A stretch of 64,000 nt of DNA from Dicyema japonicum (GCA_011109175.1 RDEW01000006.1:67612-131611); one strand, 5' to 3'. Positions 13,761 through 27,696 are shown, counted from the stretch's first letter. A program made the numbers and translations. Notes: generated by a model from the letters alone, not told the origin.

Positions 13761-15649
13761 GGAACAAATACAATACAGAACTTGTACAGGGTTGTGGCTA
13801 CTGTCGGGTTAACTGGCACATTGAAGTATAAATTTTTAATATTTGGAAGACTTTGCATTATCAGAATGAACTTTACTCTGATTTTGAGTGGTCATTTATG
13901 ATCATCTACAAGTATTTGCCGATTTTGAGAATGTAATTGAACTCTATAAGAATATGATCATATTTTATGTACCTCTCTTGATATTGTTAGATTTATGCCT
14001 TTGACTTTGTGATTTACTCAAATCTATTCAAGTGTATTTCTTTTCTAAGGAAGACTCTGTGCCAGGTTATGAAGCCCACAAAGTTTTGTCTGACTGCACT
14101 ACAGAGAGACGACTATCAGTTATGTTAAAAATATCTCATTCGGATTCAAAACATTCTTTCAAAAAAGTGTTTAAAATTTATTTGAATGAATCGTGGGAAA
14201 AATAACTTTTAATTGTAATTTATTTTACAGAAACTTCGATTCACGAGGTCTTTAATGGTGATTTGATATTTGTAAACAAAGCACTAAAGACGGTGAAGTC
14301 CTCAGTAGTTTTCGGAGTCTGGTATCGAATAGGAAAAGGTGGGAGAGACTAGTATCGAGGATCATACAAGTGCATCACGAATAGAATTATAGCTAAAATG
14401 ATTCTGTGTTGTTGCTTATAATATTAAGAGTCCTAGAGGAACACGAAGGATATAAATATCTGGGTGCTACAGAAACTCCAAAGTTCATTATCATGTTTGA
14501 GACAAAGCGGCACATTACTGAAAGAATTCGTAGAACGTCAGCGTTGTAATGTAAGATCTCTAAATACATGAAAGTTCTTTATGGTATTGAGTATGCTACT
14601 TTGCTGATGAACTACTACATAGATGTTGCAGAATTCGAGTCTAAAAGAAGTGATGGATGTCTCGATCCGTGGAGTACAAAGATGCAACTATGTCCATGTG
14701 CAGGCAGGCAATAAGAATAGGCTAAAATTTAGCAGTGACGTAGTCAACTAAGCTAGCGTTCGAATGCACGACACCATAATAGCGTGTCTGCTAGGAAAAC
14801 GCCACAATAGAATTATGTTGGCGCTAGTGAGCTAATAAACGCGAAGGGGTTGAGTGAATTGCAAAAAAAAATTTAATCTATAGGATCAACCTAAAAACCT
14901 TTATAAGGTCCTTTTCGGAGCATTAAACAACCCACACCTCGACTTTAAGTCGTCGACAACATGACTAAAATACAATGACAACTCACTTCGATTGGAGGCG
15001 TTGAACACGTATATGCATACTACCCCCGTGTAAACTTCGGTCACCTTGATCCTTATCTAAGAAACATTTTTTTGATTTTCTCAGCTGAATATATTTAACG
15101 ACTAACAGCGCTTTTGATGACCACTAGGAACATCTCGGTTCATTAGATTTGGATCTTGAATTCTTGATTTGGGAGAATCTTTAATAAATAGCATATCCAT
15201 GTAATTCCTGGAGTACATATAGTCAACTTCGGTACAGGTCATATACCTAGGGAACTTATTTTGGAGTCATAAGAATGAGCAAGGTCAAGATTCGCATTAA
15301 TCTCTGTCAGATATACTGATTTTTGATATTAATTGGACAAGAATGAACGAGATTCCTGGATGGCTCTCCAGAAAAAAAATATGGTTATCTCGTATCTTAA
15401 GTTACTTTAAAGGTATTTGGTCATGTTTTCGTAGAGGTAGTTGTTAGGCTGAGTAGCCCTCGCCAACTACCGTTGTCGTCCAATAAAAACTGCTTCCAAG
15501 TGGCGAACACAATGTTGTGGCCAATGACTCTTTTGGCAACTTCCTGGATTACGGACAGCTTCAGGAGAGAGGAGTTGAAAATGGCCATTGACCACGACTC
15601 ATTTGAGTAGACCAGGCTTACAACTGATAAAGTCTGCCTCATGTAATTC

Positions 15650-16950
15650 GTCTTTTCATAGAGCCAGGCTCATCCACACTTAGAGTAAATAGTTTGGGCT
15701 GGTGAGTTTCTTTCCTCAATTTCATCATTTTAGTTTTCAAGTAATTTCATTTCCTTTGTCAATCATTCCAATGTCGATAATAGTTTCCCACAAGCCTTCC
15801 GCTGTGACTAACCCATAATTATGCTCTACCCTCATGCTTAGAGAGTCTACTTAATCACAATTGTCTGAATATATGCTTGTGGTCAGATATTTGCAGCTTT
15901 TCTACTTCTTCGACTTGTTTTAATGCGTGTTGGGAGGTGATTCCTATATCGACCAACGTGATGCTGTCGCTCCTTTTATCAAACACAAAAATATCTGGTT
16001 TGCTATTCTGTATTTTTGTATCCTTGGCTACTGTTGTATCCACTCTAATCTCCACTGACTTGCTCGCAACAATAGACTTCACAGAGTTTGTCTTGAGTCC
16101 CCTAGTCTTATTAATTCCATATTTAAGAGACAGATGCAGATGTATGCATTTAGCCACTCCATTATTCCTACAAAAGTAGTCGCCGACCACACATTGCCGC
16201 CAAGAGGTGGACATATTTCCTAGCAGAATTACAATGACTACATAGTAGAAGAATAAATTTCAGTTTTGTATAAGACACAACAATATTTGTTAATTAAAGA
16301 TTTCTCCTGGATCTCTTTCAAAAGTCAAGATGCATAACAGCAGGTTCTTTGTACCTTCGATGGATGAATTCTATGATTGTGGACTTACGTTCTTTCTTTT
16401 TATGATCCGCAGAATTACTGCTTTCCTTAAACAATATTTCGTCTCTCAACAGGAAGAGTCTTTATTTGTTTCTAGGCCTCAAATGAATCGGTTCCTTTAC
16501 AAGATCTTTCCTTTTGTTTTGGATTAGTTCAAATTCGGAAGGTTAGACATCCATGAGTTCAATGTAGTAACGATGTAGGGATAAAACTTATTCATTTATG
16601 GCTTTGAACACATTACCCGAGTTCAATCATGTATTTGCCAGACTGTAGATCCTCTTTTAACTCCATTAAATATTAACTTCGACATTTGGTTTTTCAAAAC
16701 GTTGCTTTTTCAATCCTATAGGGTCATCGAGTACCCATACAGTTAGCAAGTATCCACTGATTCAAAAGATTTATTCACGTCTATCCACACATGGCCATAT
16801 TATTCCTGTTCTGCTGGTCGATCAACTGGTTAAGTGTTGCTTGTTCTATTTCCCTTTGACACCTTCTTTGGGTTCCCAATTGATTTTAACGGATCAGATG
16901 CATCCTCAATATATCCTGAAAGTTTGCTGCTCACATACTTAGACCACAAC
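15650..16950 (-). mobile_element. R4/Dong-like RLE non-LTR retrotransposon, internally deleted
   Basis: CIHLHLSLKYG...EIRVDT...NSKPDIFVFDK...LVDIGITSQ (PD-(D/E)xK endonuclease) plus RT remnants (NQLGT.RRCQ, WIDVNKSF). Confidence 0.85.
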
Positions 16951-16999
16951 GTGCTATAGTAAGCAATTTAATTCTCTCATATTCTCACTATTATGTCTT

Positions 17000-18950
17000 T
17001 CCAAGAATTGGTTAACGTCACCACTAACAATAATCGTCGGTTCGATTCCCCCTGATTACATGATCGACATTTCCTTCCTAATCTTTGTTCCAGAAAAACA
17101 TCATGCAAGCAGTAATATATGGGGGCCACTTACTGAATCATTTGCTATCCCCCACAACATTTGTGAAGTGGAAGGTCCTGGTTTTTCAATCAAAATGTTA
17201 ACTCTATTCTCAGTGCATCAGAAATAAATAAAATTAAGAGTTACCCTCTCAATATCATGTTAAACGTTATTACCTGGTTATTCAGAATTGCATCGTCTTC
17301 TGTATAGTCCTGACTGTCAAAAACTGAGTTCTATTCGCAAAATGATAATTAGAAGGCCAATTACCTATCACACAACGGAGTCGTCAGTTTAATTTACAAT
17401 GCGAGGATTGTATAGATCGTAAAATAATGATCATTTTACATTCTGAATATGACCTCACTGATATATCTGACTTATTTGATGTCCCATGTATATTTCCGGT
17501 CTAAAACTTAACGTTTAATCTCACCTGTAGTCAATTTAAAATTGTTGAACAAAGTTTCACGTGAAATCTAAGACCCACTATAACAAATTTTAAATTTAAA
17601 TTTACAAATTTATTATAAATGACATTGTTAACAAAATAATAATAATATCAATCACTGCGATATTCCCTTTTTAGTTTGCGACCTGTAGTCGCGGAACCGG
17701 ATTCCTTCGGGTCTATATGGAAGAAGATTACCCGCTTAGTCTGTCCTTTTCCAAGGCAAACAATGTCGATTGGTTAGGAAGTTCCCCTCCCCATTCGGAT
17801 TCCTCTGCAGAGAAGCCGTGAGATTGAAAAGCAAACTCTAGCATTCTCTAATCGATTAACTTAATCGGGAGTTTATTTTACAATCTCAGATGATATTCAA
17901 ATGTGCTGTCTACAGTTTCTGATGACTCTCTCTTTACATTAATTGCAAAAGGTTACTACCACTCTGCCAGATTAGTTCTTTATGTCCCGACTTCATCAAG
18001 GATGGTCGGTAAATTTGTCTTAGTTCGACCTCAAAAATATCGGAGCGTCCATAACAAAGTAATCCTCCATAGCTACGTTTGAGTGGGTCCTCAGGTCCAG
18101 ACAAAGTATATGTCTAAACAGCTTCCATCTCGACTATAGGATTTCGCGACAAATCGATGCGCTCCTCTATCTATTTTAAAGAATGTCGATCGGCAGTCTG
18201 TGGTGGTTCCGGGAGGAGGAAAGGATATGATGAAGCTGGTTTCTGTGACAGAGTCTATGAATTCCGTTTTTCTCAGAGTTATAAAGAGAGTCTTCAGCTA
18301 TGTACGTGTTCCTAGTCCCAAAGGTCAAAGTTATCAATTCTTTCCAAGCTTCACGCCCACCTATATCCGCCATTTTGGGAACTTTTCCAGAAAGAAGTAC
18401 GGATCTAGAAAAGGTTTGTAGAGTGGTTGAACGTTGGATCAATAGGGAGAAACGATTGTTACCAAACAATCTGGAAAATCATAATTTGTCTAAATGGCAG
18501 TGAAAGACCAAAAATTATTTTTAAAGAGAATAAACTCTATGTTACAGATGATTTGAGTAATCATAACCTGACCTCACCAATTTCTAGGAAACCAGCGGAT
18601 ATCAGGGAAGACACGTCAAAACAGGTCACTTTAGGCTTTGTAGATAAATATTCTATAAGTTCTGAAATTTATAAAAAAATATATTTCCTGTCAGTTCGAA
18701 GTGGTTGCAAAAAGAACGGAGGACATCTTTCTATCATCTGATTTAGATGTAGATTATATGGAGAAGAGTAATGTTCACGGTATAGACGTTTCAGGTTACC
18801 TAGATCCCTATCGAAAGAGAAGATTTTATTAAAGGAGAGGAATCATTTGTGGTTAAAAGTGAGTAAGCTGTGTGAAAACAAAATAAAAGTGACGGCGACG
18901 AAAGGATTACTGTTACATTCTCTAGATAGGAACTTCAAGACTTTCTTATA
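17000..18950 (+). pseudogene. Decayed mini-intron-rich extracellular-protein gene (possibly cadherin-like repeats), paralogous at its end to the EGF pseudogene
   Basis: Short exon-like blocks separated by about 23-nt GT..AG segments (GVYFTISDDIQ, FTLIAKG, LDYRISRQ); 18870-18948 aligns with 9165-9243. Confidence 0.4.
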
Positions 18951-19221
18951 ATAAAACATGGAGTTGTGGACATTTTTACTATTTTGATGTGGTGACCTGA
19001 CTTTCAAATGTTAATTCAAATCCAATTTATATCTTCTCTAAGCTATTATTTACGTCACTACAAAAGTGGTAAAAATTTACGTCACTACAAAAGTGGGTTA
19101 GAATCAAACTTATACATAGCCATTTTAACATTAACAATACGCTTTTACAGAGAACAATTTCATAAATTAGTTTTGTCTTTAAATTATTCACGGTCCGTGT
19201 CACGTCAATTCATATCAACAT

Positions 19222-19420
19222 TGTGGGACATCCTCCAGGGAAGAGAGATCCTCTATGTATGCAGAGGGTCAGATAACATGACGTCTTTTAGGAATTGAAG
19301 GAGACAAGAGGAATTAAGTAGACTTTTAGGAATTGACTGAAAGAGCAATCACGGCACGAACAACAGCAGTAACCAACATACTCTTTTTTTATAGCAAAAC
19401 ATTAAAATAAAAATTCCACA
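19222..19420 (+). mobile_element. Candidate solo LTR
   Basis: TGTGGGA...TTCCACA inverted termini with AATAAA just before the CA end; no TSD found. Confidence 0.25.
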
Positions 19421-20149
19421 GACGACAGTTAACAGAACTAACTACTCACATTATCCAGACAAGCTCAAGGAAACAACTCAGAAATGTACGAATATTATTA
19501 TTTCTAGATTAGTTTTCAATATATTTTGATTCTATTGGATTATGTTTGCTTATTTTTGTATTTAAAAATCATTCACTTACACCCCGACGAGGAAAACATG
19601 AATTTGATTAAAAGACAGGGATTCAGACTAAAATTACTTTTTGAAAAATTATAACCAAAATTAATTTAAAAAAATATACAGTTCTGATTAATCCATAAAA
19701 TAATAAATTTAAAAAAATTATGCTCACAATTACATCATTTTAGGGACATGGATATTAAGTAGTCACTGTATAAAATTACGTAAAGTCCAAAAAACCACAG
19801 TGCTTATTTTCTTATCAAACTGATCATCCGAAAGTAATTTATTATTTTCAGGATAATTAGATAATCTATTAAAGACAATATCATTTTCAGTTCAATTCTG
19901 ACCTTTTTATATCAAATTTGACTTCAAGTGAATAAAATTTCCAAATACGATTTGTGATTTATTTTATATATTTTATTCGTTGTTCTTGTACCATTTTTAT
20001 GTCAAGAAAAAATTCAAGAATATCATTTTTATGTCAAAAAAAGATCTATCTTACGGATTCGAACCCATGACTGTCAGATCAGATGTCACCAGGCGTTATG
20101 AACAGTCAAGAAGGTCTAAGAAGATGCGAGGAGATCTTTAATAAAACAA

Positions 20150-21199
20150 TTCATAATCACCAGGAATCTGAATATAAAGCAGTCGTAAAACCTTCTTGAA
20201 GACATTGAACTTGTAATCCAACATAATATTGTTTTAGCTGGTAGTTGCCAGGAATCCGTTATTTACGAACAATTGAAAGGAAGTCATATTTTGAAAGAAT
20301 TGTAGATTTTTCAACATCCCACAGAATTACAGTTCCTATAAGTTACAATATAGGTATACCTTTAGAGCTTACAGTGAGTAATCCTTTATCTATACCCACA
20401 ACAGCCTGCGTTTCCTCATCAGTAGCCAACGATTTAACCAATGTAAGACTGGTAAGGTCAAACACTGCCATAGTACAATCATTTGACACACTAAAATAAC
20501 TAAACAGCAAAAACCTGCAAAAATGTGAACGGTAAAACACACAGTCAGTGATGTGGGAAGTATGCAGGCTTATTTCTGTCACCTTCTTACTCTCAGTAAG
20601 ATCCCAAACAAATATTGCACCATCAAGGGACACAGAAAAGAGTTTTTGAAGAAAAAAGCGACAAATTCTGGAGAATAAGTGGAATATTACGTAATTGGAT
20701 AAGAGTGACCTTTGAAGGTATGAGTGCAGTAAAACTGTTGGAGTTCCACACCTTTATCAATTTGTCGTCACCAGCAAAGCAGACGAGAGTTGATGAAGGA
20801 TCAAATTCAACACATCCAATAGCTCTTTTGTGACCAGATCTCCAGATTTTGTTAAGTCTAGCTGAAACTCAATCCCCGTGGCGAATAGCCAGTCTGTTAT
20901 GAGCTGTTATTAAGATTTTGTTATCGGGAGAAAGACTAGAGTGAGTGATCGGGTCATCCTCCTTTAATAGTCAGTTTGAGAGAACCTCGAAAATGGAGCG
21001 GATTTCTCGAGAATTCTGACAAAAGATGACTTTGAGAATGGCAGAACATAAACAAAGGAATGAATCACCTTCTTTAAATGGCTAATATATAAATATCATA
21101 AATACTTGTATTTTCCCACCTGAATATATTGACTTAATTTCATCAATCACAGAATAACTAATTTAAATTAAAAAAATACTTTGTCTTCGTCACATTCAT
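20150..21199 (-). pseudogene. TBL3: TBL3/UTP13 WD40 protein, 5' part only, with mini-introns, a stop and a frameshift
   Basis: Spliced MNVTKTNYSVIDEIKSIYSGGKIQ...EDDPITHSSLSPDNKILITA...FDPSSTLVC...HTFKGH matches the TBL3 N-terminus (KTNY, YxGG, LSPDN, FDPTSTL). TGA replaces a conserved Trp, there is a 1-nt frameshift near 20740, and the copy ends well short of full length. Confidence 0.85.
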
Positions 21200-21299
21200 T
21201 TAGAGTTAACGTGCTTTTATTTAAATAATATTTATATTTTTTTAATAATAATTAACTATTTCTATTTATTTCTTTTGGTGATGTTCTTGTACGTTTTTT

Positions 21300-21960
21300 C
21301 TAAGAAGCAACGAGAAGAGTACAGGACAATCTGAATAAACTAAGTTTATGGCTTTGGGAAAATCAATTGACTGCTATCCCGGAGAAGTCGGTGTTGACCC
21401 CATTCACGAGAAACAGAAAACTGGGGAAATTATCAATTGACGTTGGATTGGAAAAATATCCCGCAAAACAAATTCCAGAAAATCCTAGGAGTTACCTTTG
21501 ACACCTTCTTAACTTTTACAAAACATGTCGAAAATATGCTATTGACTTGTACGAAGAAAATCAACTTCCTGAGTGGGTTCTTGGGAAACCCAGGAGACAA
21601 AAAAGATCTAAGTGGACTGGATGTCATATACAAACAGTTCATCGACTCTCCAATAGGATACGCATGTAATGTCTGTGGATCTAACCTCGCCGCAACGATT
21701 TTGGACAAGATCTGAAACATTCAAGAAAAGGCAGCAAACTTACTAAGGAAATTTTTCCGTGTAGAAATTCTTATCAGTAACCTTGAAAATATGATAGAGG
21801 CGACTCGAGTATGCCGACTCCGTCCATGTCGGAAGTGCGCAAGAACGCAGTCGGAACTCCGAGAAACAATGCAAAGACTGTTGAGGGAGGCAGGGATCAC
21901 CTGAATTTTGTTTATTTTGGAAATATGACGGTGGTCTTCTGGTTCAATAAATTTAATTTA
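21300..21960 (+). mobile_element. LINE 3' fragment
   Basis: KILGVTFDTFLTFTKHVENM...YKQFIDSPIGYA; ends with GGGATCACC tail. Confidence 0.75.
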
Positions 21961-21989
21961 AAGAAGCTTTTTCCAGTTGTGTCTCAGCA

Positions 21990-22230
21990 GAAACAAATAC
22001 AATGATGAGTATGTCGAAAGCAAGAAACTTATCTGTGGAATTCGATTTTTTTCTAATTAGAATTTTGCGCGAGCTCGAAGGAATGCTTTCCAGAAAAAAG
22101 AGATCAACTAGAATGGTTCTCGCTGAGACAAAAGGTTTGAATGACCATACTCCGAGGAAATTCGTTCGCGATCCACGCAGCAGGCTTCCTCAATTATCAT
22201 TTGTTTCTATGTCAAATAATTGTCTTGTAT
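21990..22230 (+). mobile_element. CRE-like retrotransposon extreme 3' end
   Basis: Similar to 33960-34230 (ATACTCCGAGG.AA.TCGTTCGC.ATCCACGCAGCAGGCTTCCTCAA). Confidence 0.7.
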
Positions 22231-23618
22231 AAAAAAAATTAGAATAATATTAAGTACAAATATGTTTTCCATATTCAAAGAAACAACTTAGAAACATCGA
22301 CTTTGGTTTTTCACTTACAATGAGAATTGTCAGTTTCAATGTGATAATTGTTAAAATTAATAGTCTTGAGTATACACTGATCACAGTGTGAATTTACCAG
22401 TTTGTAAGAAACAGTTAAGTTATAAAGTGACCCTTAATATAGAAAATCTCCATATGTAGATTTGCCAAGTTAGTTAGTTCAGTGTTTATTGGTTGGATGG
22501 TTGGTGACGTAGCTGAGATAACAAACGTGCTATTAATATTATTAATTTCTGAATTTCTGGCTATAACAAGAAACTTAATCATACGGTGCAATCTCGTGAT
22601 TAAAGCGAAATATCGAAGAGTCGAGTTGACATGGTCGTGCAAGAGACATTAAACATTTTTGATTTTTGAAGAACCGTCGAAAGTCTCGTGTGAACCTGGT
22701 AGCCCCGAGTAATTTTAAGAATTTTTACATTCTCCAGTATCTTCTATCCATTCGTTTAAGCTTCTATACAAATAATTTGTTCTATAAGCATTGAATACGC
22801 TTGGCAAAATGACCTTAATATCTCAGAACAACGCACGGAAAATCTTTAAATTTTTTTCAAATATTTTTTACCAAGCTTTATTACATGGATAATTATTAAG
22901 AGTACACTTTTGACTATTTTAATTTTGTCGCTGACCAAATCACTGATAAAGATTACATCGTGGTCATCAAGGTTACATCAAAAAAAGAGTGGCGACTTTT
23001 CTTGGACGCATTAATTATATAAAAAATATATTGATTTTGTCATAAATTATAAAATACAGTAAATTTTATCTAAATTAAAAATTACGTAAAAGTAATTGAA
23101 AAAAAATTAGCATTATCTTGAAAACAGAAACTAGCAGTAAATATTCCTTATGAACGCTTATAAAAGAGAAGAATAACGAACGAAACAAATTGTTAAAAAT
23201 GACCGGTTGGGTTAACGTTTATAATTTAGATTACGTTTGGGGAATCGGATTTCTACACGATCAGGAGATCCTTGTGAGCGTGTTGGTTATTTGCTCTCCT
23301 TTTTATCCTAAATAAAATTTTTGTTATTTAGAATACCTAAATACAACGAAAATTTTTCAATAAATGCTTCCTACCTAAGAATAGATTTTTGATCCAGTCT
23401 TTATCAAAATTTTCAGGAAACTATTTAATAATGTTTTCATGTCTGCTTTTAGATGATCTTTGATGTTTTCAAGTACAACTAAACACAATATAGTCCTTGA
23501 ATGATGGAGATTTTCCTGTAAAAACGAAAACAAACGATTTCCTTTTGATAAACAGATGTCAGACAAATCCTTATTTTAATATGAGAACGCTTCATTGGTA
23601 ATTGTCTCACAAGAGCAA

Positions 23619-23736
23619 TAGGGTATCTGACATTATTGGCTTGTATATTACGCAATCTGCAGTTTCCGGTATATCTACTACGTATTTTGAACAGAGCCTA
23701 AAAATATAACGTGCTAATTTTTTAATTAAAATTTTT
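23619..23736. repeat. ~115-bp inverted repeat, left arm (TIR-like)
   Basis: Reverse complement of 27581-27696 with few mismatches; outer ends TA|GGGTATCTGAC ... GTCAGATACCC|TA. Confidence 0.85.
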
Positions 23737-24479
23737 ATTTTTATTGAATGCGGAACCCAGGTTAAGAACCACTGCTCTAAGGGAACATCTTACGTTGTAA
23801 TTCGATTGATTTCGGAGACATTTCAATTGATTAAATTAGCAAAGGACTCAATTTCAGAGATTATCCGATCGATCTTAACTGAGTACATCAAAGTGTCCCT
23901 GTGAACTTTCGAACATATGTTAATGGACGAAATAAATATTATTTTATTATGTCATTAAAAATTAGTCTTCAACAATATTAGAAGATATTTCTTCACTAAA
24001 GGATGTCTCAATCTAAAATTAGTACATCACTAAACTTCATCAGATATTTTTTTAATAAGATATTTCATGTATGTTTTGTTGTCCCCTATCAGCATAGATC
24101 TTTTCTTCTTTATATTTGCTAAAAAAAACATCGCTTTCCATTGGAACTATTCCAGCATCTCCAATTCGGTAGTGGAAATACTTTTCTTATGGAACTGAAA
24201 ATTTGAATCTCCCTCATTAAACGAAAGCTACTCTTTTTCTTCTTCAAATTCCTCTTGATGTGGGACGGAGTGTAATTTCTTATATATTTCTTCTTGCTCA
24301 GAATCGTGGACTCCTAAAGAGGTTATTAGAGAAGTCATTGAAATTAATTCGTAACTTAACTCTTCTTCCTCAATTCTGTGATTTTCTAAATTGTCAAATT
24401 CCTAAAAAAAGCATGCCGAATACTGAATTTATAAAATAATAGATTTTGATCAAGAATTTCAAAATTCTCTAAAAAACTG

Positions 24480-24870
24480 AATAATTTCGTTGCCTCGGTA
24501 CTATCGATGATGGAATCAGACTAAGAAAATTGAGTGATAAAACTGGCTTTGAGATTTTGACATCGGAAAAACCGTAACATTACTCGCACTACAGGGGAGA
24601 CATGCTTGGGGTGTTCCTGGTGTCACCACTGCTTTACACTTATGTAGAGAAGTCGATGATCATGTGGGACATCAGGAGTGACCATGTACCCCGAGAGATG
24701 TTATTGAACCTAACTCCAGACCCCATGGACTCTGTGTTTACAGGTTACGACCTAACAAGAGTGAATTGGGAACACTATAGAAGAAACATATCTAGAAACC
24801 TCAAAAACTGGAAGGATGGACCTTATTCCCGAAATGATATTGACAATATACAGAGACCTCTTAATTATGA
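24480..24870 (+). mobile_element. LINE APE-endonuclease C-terminal fragment
   Basis: WDIRSDHVP...YDLTRVNWEHYR (SDH motif followed by the ANW-type motif). Confidence 0.65.
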
Positions 24871-25009
24871 TGGTGAGATACTGTTTTATAATAATTGATT
24901 TATTCTGAAATTTGCCATTTCCAAAATTTGCCGCAAAAATGCTGGAACCAAGAATGGCAAATTTGGGAGAATTTACTGTATTATTTTTATTTTATATTAA
25001 ATGATTTTG

Positions 25010-25380
25010 TTTATTGACAATCTTATTCAGAGCCTTGTGACTTGGAGATCTGCCAGCGTTCCTCTTGCAGGCAAGAGGGTACAGGCTATATAAGTCTATT
25101 AGGACGCAACATCGGCACGGTGAGGTACACATACTTTTAGTCCCAGCCGCAGAGATACCACTTCTAACGCATTCATTATCCAGAATGTGTCCAGAACTCC
25201 ATTGGGGATAGCGTTTAGCCAAACTCCGCTCTCAGGGGAAACAAACGCGTCGGTGCTGATTGGCCGATTTCCAGTAGGAGTCCAAATGATTTCCAGCAAA
25301 ATAAATTGTACAGAATTCGCTGGCAGTCTTGTGAAGTAGGCAGGGGAGGTTGTTGGCATTCCAGGCTTCTCGTACGTGGA
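25010..25380 (-). mobile_element. CRE-like retrotransposon fragment
   Basis: SPESGVWLNAIPNG...LDNECVRSGIS...HKALNKIV; close relative of 32600-32960. Confidence 0.85.
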
Positions 25381-26779
25381 TTATTTTTTGTCAATTGAGA
25401 ATTCGGGTAATTAAGTGTAGAATCTTCCTGACTAATTATATTATCTATATAATAAAATACTAATTTTGATCTACATACTAAAACTCTGAGTTCACAGCAA
25501 ACAAAACATATTCCTATAAAATTAAATAAAATTAAGCTTTTCCCATTAGAATTAGATGACAGTAAGTAAAGCGAAAAGTAAATCCCTTTCAGGAGTTAGA
25601 TAGCTGTGAGTGAAACGCACTGCTCACCTAGTCTATAATAAGGAAACATCAAATTCAAATTCGATTGAAACATGCTTATTTATTCGATTTATCGTTGATT
25701 AATGAAATCTCTTACTTTTAATTACCAAACGCATGACTGGGGGTTATATATTTATTGAAGATGACTAAAAGCACGAATTTCTAGGTAATAAATGATGAAC
25801 ATGGGGAGCTATAAGTATTATGTTCTTCGCGACAAGTGTAGTGATTTAAGGTCACCAGTAATTAGATGACAAATGGGATAAAAACAGGTGTTGTTAATTG
25901 TAATATAAATTTGAACGATTTGTGGATAATTAATGAATTATTTGATACTTTTTTGTTTATTTTTATTCGTCAAATTATCATTACAGGCGGTTGTACATAT
26001 TTTAATTATATAAGTTCGAGCAAATAGACAACCCAGGTGACTCACATGAACATTATCAAATTGGATTTAAAGAAAGGAAGAGATCATACATTGACTATGA
26101 TTCAGAGCCTTTATTCGTCGCATAACAGATTAATACACTAACATATATATGTCAGCTAATATGTTAACTACATTTACTATATTCATTTAATAGTTCATCT
26201 CATAGCTTCTTAAACTCCTAGGAGGTTTCATGTAGCCATTCCTCCCAAGAGAATCCAGGTCCCTATTCGGCAGCAATCACAAAGAACCGATTGAACTATG
26301 AAAGGATGTTTTCAATCCACAAAGTCTTCCAAGATTAAATCGAAGAACATAATTTATGTGGAGTAAATAAAAAAGGCTAAACTAACGTCTATCACAATCA
26401 CCCTATCTATCACAATGATAGATTTTTGTCAATAAAGTCAAAAAATTGACATGTTATTTAAAATTGTTTAAAAATAAAAAAATAAAATTTATATTGATTT
26501 TTAATTATTAATTTTTATAGTATTTGAATAAATTACTAACGTGTCTATTTTTAATAGTGTTTCACTGTAAAATATATTTTCACACTCCCTCTACCGACTC
26601 TAGGATCGATAAGGTCACTATTGCTTAGTCGAATATGATTTTCCTTGCATAAGTTGAACAGTAAAGTTTACAAAACTTGTTTCAATGTCAAAATTTTGAA
26701 TTTTTGATGTCAATAAAGTCAGGAAAAGCCTGGAACAAGCTAAATCTTTCTCTTATATTTTTGCTGCACATTAGGAGCT

Positions 26780-26990
26780 ATAAATGTTATGGCTCTCGTA
26801 AAAGTGCTAATTATAATAAAGTCAATTACAATTGTGACAATGCAACCATTTCACGTATGTTGAAAATTTCAAAAACAATTGTTTTAAAATTTACAAAACA
26901 GGGTGTATTCACAGCAACTTCTTGCGGGGGTGACAGTAGGACCAAACTAACCACAGAGTCGAAACAACATATTCGTATTTATTGATGAAT
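26780..26990 (+). mobile_element. IS630/Tc1-like transposase N-terminal HTH remnant
   Basis: ATISRMLKISKTIV..F..QG......GGDSRTKLT resembles the HTH plus GG-R-KL linker of IS630/Tc1 transposases. Confidence 0.45.
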
Positions 26991-27580
26991 TTGAATAATC
27001 ATTAAGGCCTGGACGTTTAAGAGATGTTTCAGGATCTCTGCCTACATTCTTGAAGGGAACATCAGAAACAGAAATTTCAGTCATTTTGCATCAATGACTA
27101 AATATGGTATACTTAACTTACCATATAAAACTAAAGACCTGTTAACGGAGAGGATTTTAAGATTTTCTGGAGTCCTTAAAAAATCTTAGTTCTGAATTTT
27201 ATAATTTAGATTTTTGGTAATGCCCGAATTCATCATTATATGGGTATTAAAGAATTGATAGAAACAGAAAACCTACTGTTTATATTTACTCACCATTTCT
27301 CAATACAATTAAGAATGTATTCAGCACATGGAAAAATTATATTTCCAGAGGAGTGGATGAAAATGAAAAAAATTATTGACTAATTAAAAAAAATTAAAAG
27401 CTAAAAAAAATTATTACGAAAGCAAGACAATCAAATTAATCCAGCTGTAATAATGGATTGGCTGTTCCTCCTGACATCTGCCAGAGAAATCCTTTGGAAC
27501 AACATTTGTTGCTGACTTTAGAGATCACAGACCCAAGCGATCTTAGAAAAGTGACCGTCTTGACCCGAAGACTCCACTTG

Positions 27581-27696
27581 AAATTTTAATTAAAAATTAG
27601 CAAGTTATATTTTTAGGCTCTGTTCAAAATACGGAGTAGATATACCGGAAACTGCAGATTGCATAATATGCAAGCCAATAATGTCAGATACCCTAT
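27581..27696. repeat. ~115-bp inverted repeat, right arm
   Basis: Reverse complement of 23619-23736. Confidence 0.85.

Noticed and set aside
14290-15240. Possible LTR-retrotransposon pol/integrase remnant
   Set aside because: Too degenerate; no catalytic motif could be read with confidence.
19047-19097. 27-bp tandem duplication (also an 18-bp one near 9000)
   Set aside because: Two-copy slippage duplications with no further structure.
20045-20105. tRNA gene (GGTTCGAATCC on the minus strand; similar B-boxes at about 17038 and 56324)
   Set aside because: No cloverleaf or acceptor stem could be built; at most these are decayed tRNA-derived SINE heads.
20860-20880. TGA read as Trp (alternative genetic code) in TBL3
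   Set aside because: The copy has other lesions and is truncated; RPL19 and the lectin gene use TGG for Trp and translate in the standard code.
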